Shown: one piece after another, positions 38,774 through 45,761 of the stretch
Numbering within the stretch: position 1 is the stretch's first letter
How the letters are laid out: each line of letters starts with the position of its first letter
Virus record (IMG/VR): IMGVR_UViG_3300021256_000066
Span: 32,001-96,000 of that record
Direction: 5' to 3' (one strand)
From: a virus
Taxonomy: Duplodnaviria; Caudoviricetes
Length of the DNA: 64,000 bases
Program-made: the position numbers and the translations under genes
The notes under the pieces: generated by a model
What the model saw: the letters and a program-made list of their open reading frames with translations, nothing else
Told to the model about the DNA's origin: nothing
Database searches by the model: none

Positions 38774-40246
38774 ATGATTGCAAAAATTTATCCTGACGGG
38801 CACCCTGACTTGCAGGGAAAGAAAGACCCTACGCACCCAGTGCGCTATTTCGACATCCGAAAACTCACTCCACGCGAGTGCTATTCACTGATGGGCGTGC
38901 CGCCGCAGCAGATCGACACGCTGATGAAAACCGAAAAGAGACCATATATGGCATGGGTGGGCGTAGATGCCGAACTGGCTGTGTTTGGACTGGAGCCGAG
39001 TGCCACGCGCCGCGAGGTGGATGAAGCATATCGCGAGGCTATCGAGAGCCTGAATAACCAGGCAGCTGACGATGCAGACGCACAGGAAGAAACCGACGAA
39101 GATACCGCACGGCTGATGGCAGAGAAGCCCGAAGACAATGCCGAGGAAACCGCGCTGATGCGACAGAACTACGAGATGAACTATCAGCGCATCATCGCTG
39201 CCAGTCAGGAGCAGCGTTACGGTGACGTGCAGATTATTGCCAACTCATCGCATTACAAGCTGGCGGGTAACTCCATCGTCTGCGACGTACTGATGTATAT
39301 CTACGAGGAATTGCTCTACCCCACGTACCGCCGACTGCCGCAGGAGCAGACCGACCTATTCGCCCAGCCACAGTTCCGCTTGACCCGAGACTGGAAGAAA
39401 GAGCCGCTGAAGTTGGTAACACTTTGCAGCGGTTACGACAGTCAGGCAATCGCTATGGATATGCTGCAACAGCGATATCCGGACTTCCGATGGGAACTGA
39501 AGGCATGGAGCGAGTTCGACCCCGAGAGCAGCCGACCATTGGAAGAGCAGCCCGCCATAGTGGCCCATAATCTGCTGTTCCCACAATACAAGGATTTGAA
39601 CCGGGGCGACATGACCAAGGCTGATTGGAGCGACCTCGCCGATGCAGGTATCGACCTGCTGACATATAGCACTCCGTGTCAGTCCATCTCACAGGCTGGC
39701 AAGCGAGAGGGTATCAAGAAAGGTAGTGGCACTCGCAGTGCCGTACTTTGGAGTACCGAAGAAGCTGTTCGCCAGATGCGACCGAAGGTGCTGCTGCAGG
39801 AGAACGTGCGGGCGCTTATCAACAGCGTGAACATGCCCGACTTCAAGGAGTGGTGCAGTCTGCTGGAGAGCCACGGCTACGTGAACTTCCTCGCGCCCTC
39901 GTTCCCGACGGTCTGGGGCACCGACAAGCGCGACAAGAAGACCGTGCCGGGCATCCTGAACGCCAAGCACTACGGCGTGCCACAGAACCGCGAAAGGGTG
40001 TATATGGTCTCCGTGCGTGCCGACATGCTCGGCGGCACGCAGTACGAGTTTCCACGTCCTTTCCCGCTCGACAAGTGCATCGCCGACGTGCTGGAGGACA
40101 ATGTGGACGAGCGCTTCTTCCTAAAGCCCGACTCGGTGATCAAGTTCCTCACCGTCAACGAACAGACCGACGGCAGCGACATACACTATATGGTAACGGA
40201 CCACAAACTGAGTGATGAGGAAATCAGACGTGCAAGAGGTGAATAG
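38651..40246 (+). CDS. Circularly permuted C5-cytosine DNA methyltransferase (motif order IX-X-I...VIII); alternative start at 38774
   Basis: IRKLTPRECYSLMG (IX), YKLAGNSIV (X), TLCSGYDSQ (I), YSTPCQSISQAG (IV), LQENVRAL (VI), GVPQNRERVY (VIII). Confidence 0.93.
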   Translation: MLDTYNQQAHRHTAITILAGISSRNHYFVCEERLPSKLRKYMIAKIYPDGHPDLQGKKDPTHPVRYFDIRKLTPRECYSLMGVPPQQIDTLMKTEKRPYMAWVGVDAELAVFGLEPSATRREVDEAYREAIESLNNQAADDADAQEETDEDTARLMAEKPEDNAEETALMRQNYEMNYQRIIAASQEQRYGDVQIIANSSHYKLAGNSIVCDVLMYIYEELLYPTYRRLPQEQTDLFAQPQFRLTRDWKKEPLKLVTLCSGYDSQAIAMDMLQQRYPDFRWELKAWSEFDPESSRPLEEQPAIVAHNLLFPQYKDLNRGDMTKADWSDLADAGIDLLTYSTPCQSISQAGKREGIKKGSGTRSAVLWSTEEAVRQMRPKVLLQENVRALINSVNMPDFKEWCSLLESHGYVNFLAPSFPTVWGTDKRDKKTVPGILNAKHYGVPQNRERVYMVSVRADMLGGTQYEFPRPFPLDKCIADVLEDNVDERFFLKPDSVIKFLTVNEQTDGSDIHYMVTDHKLSDEEIRRARGE

Positions 40247-40378
40247 GGGGGGCAAATCGGCGGTTGCTACTGGAAACAGAAGGACGGCTATGTGCGCCGT
40301 CCGCTCTGGGGACTGTCCCGCACGCTGAAAGGCGATGGCAATCATCCTGCAGGAATAATCATTGAGTATGAATTATGA
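40215..40378 (+). pseudogene. Module 6 (G7 at 40246-40252, frameshifted; G8 restores). Its 3' part is in frame with the MTase behind the TAG
   Basis: GGQIGGCYWKQKDGYVRRPLWGLSRTLKGDGNHPAGIIIEYEL. Confidence 0.65.
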
Positions 40379-40509
40379 AACAGACACCGAGAGCGTGCAT
40401 CTACTACAACTTGTCGCTGATGTATAACGACGGCATGAAGTGGGACTTGGTGGCCAAGACGGTCATCGGCGACACGCATCCACAAGCGCTATTGATAGAG
40501 TATGAGTAG
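40375..40509 (+). CDS. Module 7 (no tract)
   Basis: MKQTPRACIYYNLSLMYNDGMKWDLVAKTVIGDTHPQALLIEYE. Confidence 0.65.
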   Translation: MKQTPRACIYYNLSLMYNDGMKWDLVAKTVIGDTHPQALLIEYE

Positions 40510-40702
40510 CATTACCCCCCCCATATTGCGGCAAGTCCCTGTTCGGCGAGTGCGGACGGAGTGGGCAAAAGCCGTCAGGCGGCAGACTGGTACCAACCCT
40601 TTTCAGGCCAAGCAACTGGAGGAGTTTGTGTCGGACTACATGCCTACCATCACCGCCAGCGCAAACATCGAGAACTATATCAAAGTAGAATATGAAATAT
40701 AG
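40502..40702 (+). CDS. Module 8 (C8 at 40515-40522, in frame)
   Basis: RTEWAKAVRR...MPTITASANIENYIKVEYEI. Confidence 0.7.
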   Translation: MSSITPPILRQVPVRRVRTEWAKAVRRQTGTNPFQAKQLEEFVSDYMPTITASANIENYIKVEYEI

Positions 40703-40864
40703 AATACAGACAACAAGCACCATGCCGATATACGAAGGCCACCTGGTAAAACCCGGATGGCACCACAAGGCTTGTGAGGTGCTGAATGTGGGGGGGTATC
40801 GACATGTATTCACACCCAGAGCAACAATCTGCTTCAAAAAATCATCATAGAGTATGAGTTATGA
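40692..40864 (+). pseudogene. Module 9 (G7 at 40790-40796, frameshifted; G8 restores)
   Basis: With G8: ...EVLNVGGVSTCIHTQSNNLLQKIIIEYEL. Confidence 0.65.
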
Positions 40865-41024
40865 AACCAATTAGTTATAAACTTGGAGTCCACATCGTAG
40901 GTCATCGCCTGGAGTGGAAAGGTGGGGGGGTATTGAGAGTAATATGTGGAAGAACATCTGCCCTTGCATCCGTATGAACGATTACAAATGTCCAATGAAT
41001 TGTCTGATAGAGTATGACGATTAA
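40861..41024 (+). pseudogene. Module 10 (G7 at 40924-40930, frameshifted; G8 restores)
   Basis: With G8: ...GGGGIESNMWKNICPCIRMNDYKCPMNCLIEYDD. Confidence 0.65.
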
Positions 41025-41162
41025 GACGCGATATATCAACTGCAACTGCGACAATACGGTCAAGTCGATACTGGCCGGATGTTACAAGTTCGGTGCTGCC
41101 ACTCTGCTTAGGGGGGGCAAGCCAGTATGACATCGGTATTGTTTGAATATGAATACGATTAA
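41014..41162 (+). pseudogene. Module 11 (G7 at 41111-41117, frameshifted; G8 restores)
   Basis: With G8: ...TVKSILAGCYKFGAATLLRGGQASMTSVLFEYEYD. Confidence 0.65.
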
Positions 41163-41349
41163 ACTGCGACAGACCACATCGGCCACGGCCAAGCCTATAC
41201 GGGGGGGGTACTTCCTGCCCGTCAACACAGCATCAGGAGGTGTCGCTTGCACGCTCAACACCCGCTACGACGGCATGCAGCTGCCAGAAGACATCCTCAC
41301 GCTGGCCCATTACCCCAAGACCGTCGTGCTCAGAGAGTATCATTTATGA
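41149..41349 (+). CDS. Module 12 (G8 at 41201-41208, in frame)
   Basis: KPIRGG..VNT..ACTLNTRYD..TLAHYPKTVVLREYHL; paralog of module 2. Confidence 0.7.
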   Translation: MNTIKLRQTTSATAKPIRGGYFLPVNTASGGVACTLNTRYDGMQLPEDILTLAHYPKTVVLREYHL

Positions 41350-41461
41350 AGGACGAATCAACAGCAGTCAGGACGGCATCGTCATCAGCGCCCGAGGCAT
41401 TGCCCTCACCCATACCGCTGGTCACGGCAATTGCCCGAAGATATTGATAGAATATGAGTGA
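41339..41461 (+). pseudogene. Module 13 (ATC where the junction ATG is expected; no tract)
   Basis: IIYEGRINSSQDGIVISARGIALTHTAGHGNCPKILIEYE; paralog of module 1. Confidence 0.6.
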
Positions 41462-41708
41462 AGCGAAACGATACAGCACAGCAGGTCGCCCGTTCCTTGA
41501 AATCGCCACGAGGGGGGGGCAGACCGTACTGCGAATCCGACAAGCCACCGAACAGGGCTATATCGAGTGCGACCCGCAGGGTGTCTGCGACCTTGCCTAC
41601 CCGGAGAGCGAACTGCGCCGTGCCCGTGTCAAGGACCGAGGCCGCGTCTGCGGAACGCTGATGAGCGACAATCAGCAGTTCTGCGTCTTCATCGAACATG
41701 ACATATAG
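41454..41708 (+). CDS. Module 14 (G8 at 41512-41519, in frame)
   Basis: IRQATEQGYIEC...DLAYPESELRRARV...CGTL resembles the ATKKGY...PNSKTRRGRV segment of phage C5-MTase variable regions. Confidence 0.75.
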   Translation: MSEAKRYSTAGRPFLEIATRGGQTVLRIRQATEQGYIECDPQGVCDLAYPESELRRARVKDRGRVCGTLMSDNQQFCVFIEHDI

Positions 41709-41752
41709 TACAAAATATATACGAATATCTCAACAAACAAAACAAGAATCTT

Positions 41753-42076
41753 ATGAAACAGACATTTGAATTTGACGAAGAGCAGGTGCTGACGATTGTA
41801 ACGGCACTTGGAGTATTGAAAGACCGCATCGGTCAGAAAGGCAGCTGGTTGCAGCGCAAGCGAATGCCGACACTGCGCGGACGATTGGCCGACTGTATCA
41901 CCATTGGTGACGAAACGGAGGCCGACGGGGTGCGCAAGGCTCTGGCTAAGGCGCAGAAGGATCACCAGAGCCGCATTACCCGAGGCGAGAAGATTGCCGA
42001 ACTGATGAACGATATCAAGCAGCAGGCGGGTGTGACCACCGAAAGACTGCGTGACTACGACATCGCGGAGGGCTGA
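41753..42076 (+). CDS. Hypothetical protein
   Basis: 107 aa. Confidence 0.7.
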   Translation: MKQTFEFDEEQVLTIVTALGVLKDRIGQKGSWLQRKRMPTLRGRLADCITIGDETEADGVRKALAKAQKDHQSRITRGEKIAELMNDIKQQAGVTTERLRDYDIAEG

Positions 42077-42079
42077 CCG

Positions 42080-42247
42080 ATGGCAGACCTCACTATCACT
42101 ATCCCGAGCCAAGACCTCGGTGACTTCTATCGGATGTTGCGGGACTTCAGGCGAAATCGTGGCAACACGTTCGCCTACCTGCAAATCGAACTTGAACAGC
42201 GATACCCCAAACTGAAAGAGCGATATGGAACTGCATCTGAAGATTAA
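42080..42247 (+). CDS. Small hypothetical protein
   Basis: 55-aa ORF closely packed between its neighbours. Confidence 0.5.
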   Translation: MADLTITIPSQDLGDFYRMLRDFRRNRGNTFAYLQIELEQRYPKLKERYGTASED

Positions 42248-42605
42248 CGACGTGGTGGGCATGGACGACGAGAAGCGCCACATACTGCGAGTGGACGAGG
42301 AAAGCCTGCGCACGGCACTGATGGCTCACCCAGGATGGCTGACGCAGAACGTGGTCAAGGACTGGCTCTTGAAGCACAACACCAGACTGCTGAACGAAAT
42401 CATCGACGACCCCACGCTGCGCAACAACATCTATATGGCCGAGAAAGCCAAGCGCGACGGCAAGGCCGAGCAGCGTGAGCGGCATCGGCTGTTTGAGATT
42501 GAGAAAAAGCGCAGGCACGACCAGTTCATCGCATCGCAGAACTATCGGCAGAGCGTAGATTACATTCACAACGTATTAGGATGGAACAATGACGAAACCG
42601 ATTAA
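42225..42605 (+). CDS. Hypothetical protein
   Basis: 126 aa. Confidence 0.7.
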   Translation: MELHLKINDVVGMDDEKRHILRVDEESLRTALMAHPGWLTQNVVKDWLLKHNTRLLNEIIDDPTLRNNIYMAEKAKRDGKAEQRERHRLFEIEKKRRHDQFIASQNYRQSVDYIHNVLGWNNDETD

Positions 42606-42631
42606 GGGGTCTAACCCCGTGACTATATAAT

Positions 42632-43453
42632 ATGCGAAACTACAAGGAACTATCAGAGGAGGAGGTGGAGCAGCTGGAGCGGCTCTACCCCGTGACACCG
42701 AACAGGCGGTTGAGCCAGATGTTTGGCGTGTCGGTGGATGCCATCAACGACCACTTCGCACGACCTCGCGGCTGGCAGAAAGACCAGTCGGCCATCAAGC
42801 ACGCCACGCACGGCACCTACCACGAGTTGACGGAGAAGGAGGAGCAGTGGATCGTGCGCCACTACCACAACACCCGCAACGGCGACATCCTGGCGAAGTA
42901 CGGCATCGGCGAGAGTCAGCTGCACAAGGTGCGCAGGAAGTACGGACTGAAGAAGAGCGACCGATTCATGCAGAAGACGCGGCGCGAGGCGGTGGCGCAT
43001 AGTGTGACGGCCTTCCGCGAGCACGGTGAGAGTGAACGGGCTGCGGAGCGGGCACGGCAGGCGTGGGCCGAGCGCAAGCGCAAGGGCGACTACGGCAACG
43101 TGGGCTTTAAGAAAGGAGAATCAAACAAAGACCGCATGTCGCCAAGGCGATACAAGCAGATGATGGAGAAGGCACGGCAGAAGCGCAACGAGACCATCCG
43201 TCGCGACCGTGTGCGCATCCACTTCGGACTGGAGCCGAAGACGAAGCTGGTGAAGAACTGGGACGCCAACCGCGACTGGCGCAAGTGCCACTATCGGTAT
43301 AAGTTCCGCGAGTTCGGCTACGACGTGGAGAAGGGCGGCAACGATATCTACTACTTCGCCGACACCGTGCGCCACCCCATCATGGAGCGCAACGCACAGC
43401 GGCATGGCATCAGGATTCTGCCTGCGGAGGAAGAGGAACAACGAATTGTCTAA
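42632..43453 (+). CDS. Basic HTH-repeat DNA-binding protein
   Basis: Two LSEEE/LTEKE..Y..T.N HTH-like repeats; GFKKGE motif. Confidence 0.65.
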   Translation: MRNYKELSEEEVEQLERLYPVTPNRRLSQMFGVSVDAINDHFARPRGWQKDQSAIKHATHGTYHELTEKEEQWIVRHYHNTRNGDILAKYGIGESQLHKVRRKYGLKKSDRFMQKTRREAVAHSVTAFREHGESERAAERARQAWAERKRKGDYGNVGFKKGESNKDRMSPRRYKQMMEKARQKRNETIRRDRVRIHFGLEPKTKLVKNWDANRDWRKCHYRYKFREFGYDVEKGGNDIYYFADTVRHPIMERNAQRHGIRILPAEEEEQRIV

Positions 43454-43475
43454 CAATAATAACACTGGAAATCTT

Positions 43476-44240
43476 ATGAAACAGAACGAGAGAGAGGGGC
43501 AGACTTTGCTACCGGAGAACTATCACTACTACAAGGTGCTGGCCGAATCAGCCACGGGCAAACGGCTGATGGCGCTGCTGCACGCCTGCAAGAAGTGCGA
43601 ACAGGCCGCCGACGACTGGTGCAAGAAGTTCGGGGCGAAGTATTACTGCGACGATCCGAACTACTTTGCGGGGGGCGTGGCGTGCGTGGCTTTCGACGGC
43701 AAGCCCGACCCGAAGCTGTGGCGGGAATACACGACGGTGGAGGGTGAGCAGTATTACCTGCCGGCCTGCGAGGCGGTGGCCGACAGGGTGGAGATACCTC
43801 ACAGGGACTATGCTCTGCACGACACTTGGGACACGATGTATCTGCGCAACCAGATACGGGAGGTCACGGAGAAGGGCGACGACGGCACGGATGTGAAGCG
43901 GCTCTACGTGGCACGGCTGTCGTTCCGGCCTGCTGGCAATCAGACAGACTCGCACGGAAGGCCTGTCCAGGCCGGACGGGCACTGCGGCGGGCTATCGGG
44001 GCCGAACAGAAGCGGCTGCGCCTGCCGGTGGTGACAGTTCAGCAGGTCTATCAGGCCTTCGGGGCCGTGGTGCCCGACGGACGGCTCACTCCGCGCACAC
44101 CCATCGTGTTCCTCTGGGGAGCATCCATCTACATCGGCTCTGCCTACCCCTGCGAGGCGAAGGGACTGACGGAGATCACGATGCAGCAGTGCCGCACCGC
44201 CGCCTGCAAGTTCGAGCGAGAGGACGGACGGGGGAGTTAG
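43476..44240 (+). CDS. Hypothetical protein
   Basis: 254 aa. Confidence 0.7.
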   Translation: MKQNEREGQTLLPENYHYYKVLAESATGKRLMALLHACKKCEQAADDWCKKFGAKYYCDDPNYFAGGVACVAFDGKPDPKLWREYTTVEGEQYYLPACEAVADRVEIPHRDYALHDTWDTMYLRNQIREVTEKGDDGTDVKRLYVARLSFRPAGNQTDSHGRPVQAGRALRRAIGAEQKRLRLPVVTVQQVYQAFGAVVPDGRLTPRTPIVFLWGASIYIGSAYPCEAKGLTEITMQQCRTAACKFEREDGRGS

Positions 44241-45433
44241 GTCTTGGCGGCAGCGTCGGTGTCGAACACGCGGTCGAGCAGACGGAAATTATTGTCGTTG
44301 ATCACCGAGAAATCTTTCTGAATATAGATATCAGCCACGTCGTAACTGCCGACGTGGTTGAGTGCTTCATCGACATCGCCTTTCGAGAAGTGCATCAGGT
44401 TGCGCGAGAGCGTGGCGAAGGTATGCCGTGCCTGGTAGAACTGCAGGCCGTCGATTCCAACCGCCTCGCCGACGGTTTTCAGTCCGAGGTTCAGTGCCTT
44501 GTTGAACGTCGATTCGTCGCGGTAGCGCTCGTGGAACGAGAAGACGCGACTGCTGCCCCGATAGCGCTTGATGAGCTTGGCGATGACGGGGTGGATGCGC
44601 ACCTCGATATAGGCATCGTCCTGACGGCGGTCGCGGGTCTTTATGCGGTTATACTTTAACACACCACCCGTCAGCGTCCGTGCCTCGTACATATCCACGG
44701 AGTTCATACCCATCAGACAGAACGAAAGCACAAAGCAGTCGCGGGCCAGTTGCGGTCGGCTGTGCGCCTTGCCCTTGTAGCGATAGATGGCGAGCAACTG
44801 TTCCAGCGTGAGCGCACGGACACCCTTCTTCATCGGCTGTCGCGGCACACGGAAGCGCAGGAATGGGTCGTTCTGGATAGGCTGGTCGTAGTCGGTATTG
44901 TAGCGTCGCATGGCCTCGCGGTAGAGGTGGCGCATCTGTCCGAGGTAGAGCGACGCGGCACGGGGCTTGTCGTGCATCGTCTGCGCAAAGCTGTCGAGCA
45001 GGGGGTAGGTGATCTGCGCGAACGGCAGCGACCGCCGACCGAGGTGCTCCTCCAGTCGGTTCAGCATCGTGCGGTAGTTCTTGGCGCCCTTGATGTCGTG
45101 GCGCCGCAGCCATTCGTCGGTAAACGTGAAGAAGTCGAGCACCTGCTCTCCCTGTGTCAGTCGGGCGGCAATCTCCTGAGCGTCCATCGTCGCCGTGCCA
45201 AGCGACTCCAGTTGCAGTGCGTCGAGCCGTTCCTGCAACTCGCGTCGCTTCTGTTCAATCATCTTCGCCTTCTCCGGCTCACGGATGCGCTTGCCGTTGG
45301 TAGTCAGTTCCGAGTCGGTGGCGGTGACACCCGTCGGGATGCGCTTCTTCGTCCGGCCTTCGCACACCAGGAACGACACCGGGTGCAGCCGTTTCTTATT
45401 CTTCTTGCCAATCTCAATCGTAATTGTTGCCAT
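44237..45433 (-). CDS. int: Tyrosine integrase (Bacteroidetes type)
   Basis: LARDCFVLSFCLMGMNSVD, YNRIKT, FYQARHTFATL, EALNH, DIY; N-terminal arm-binding region. Confidence 0.93.
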   Translation of the reverse strand: MATITIEIGKKNKKRLHPVSFLVCEGRTKKRIPTGVTATDSELTTNGKRIREPEKAKMIEQKRRELQERLDALQLESLGTATMDAQEIAARLTQGEQVLDFFTFTDEWLRRHDIKGAKNYRTMLNRLEEHLGRRSLPFAQITYPLLDSFAQTMHDKPRAASLYLGQMRHLYREAMRRYNTDYDQPIQNDPFLRFRVPRQPMKKGVRALTLEQLLAIYRYKGKAHSRPQLARDCFVLSFCLMGMNSVDMYEARTLTGGVLKYNRIKTRDRRQDDAYIEVRIHPVIAKLIKRYRGSSRVFSFHERYRDESTFNKALNLGLKTVGEAVGIDGLQFYQARHTFATLSRNLMHFSKGDVDEALNHVGSYDVADIYIQKDFSVINDNNFRLLDRVFDTDAAAKT

Positions 45434-45475
45434 ACCTTTATATATATTATAGGTCCTGCGCCCGACGTCGAAAGC

Positions 45476-45530
45476 TCCCCGTAACTCCCCGTAACTCCCC
45501 GTTACTTTTGACGGAAATCTGACGGAAATT
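45476..45530. repeat. Putative integrase arm-type sites
   Basis: CTCCCCGT(A/T)A x3 and TGACGGAAAT x2; another TGACGGAAAT at about 45735 on the far side of the core. Confidence 0.6.
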
Positions 45531-45624
45531 TATCGGCCTGAAAGTGGAGATTCCATCCAAAAACGACCTCTCCAATTTTTGCCGAAAATCCACGCAAACC
45601 TTTATTTGCAGGGATTCCACGGCT

Positions 45625-45670
45625 GTGATCCCGTTGGGATTCAAACCCAAGACCTTCAGAACCGGAATCT
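45625..45670 (-). other. attP core: 3' half of tRNA-Arg(CCG)
   Basis: Reverse complement AGA-TTCCGGT-TCT GAAGGTC TTGGG-TTTGAAT-CCCAA CGGGATCAC gives anticodon arm (CCG), T arm and acceptor strand; no D arm or 5' half. Confidence 0.8.
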
Positions 45671-45761
45671 ATGCCGCAGAAACCCGCATGGAGCCTTTGC
45701 CCGTCGGTGTTTCGTTGTTTTTTGTTTGCTCGTTTGACGGAAATACAGCGGAAATCCGTCA

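Noticed and set aside
40244-40246. Genome-wide TAG recoding (code 15)
   Set aside because: TAG ends several genes directly before spacers (4782, 13851, 25332, 59630), and genes are not fragmented under code 11.
37948-41708. Diversity-generating retroelement or invertase shufflon as the mechanism behind the modules
   Set aside because: No reverse transcriptase, no TR/VR pair differing at adenines, all modules on one strand, and no inverted sites or adjacent invertase.
45625-45670. Functional tRNA gene
   Set aside because: Only the 3' half is present; treated as the att core.
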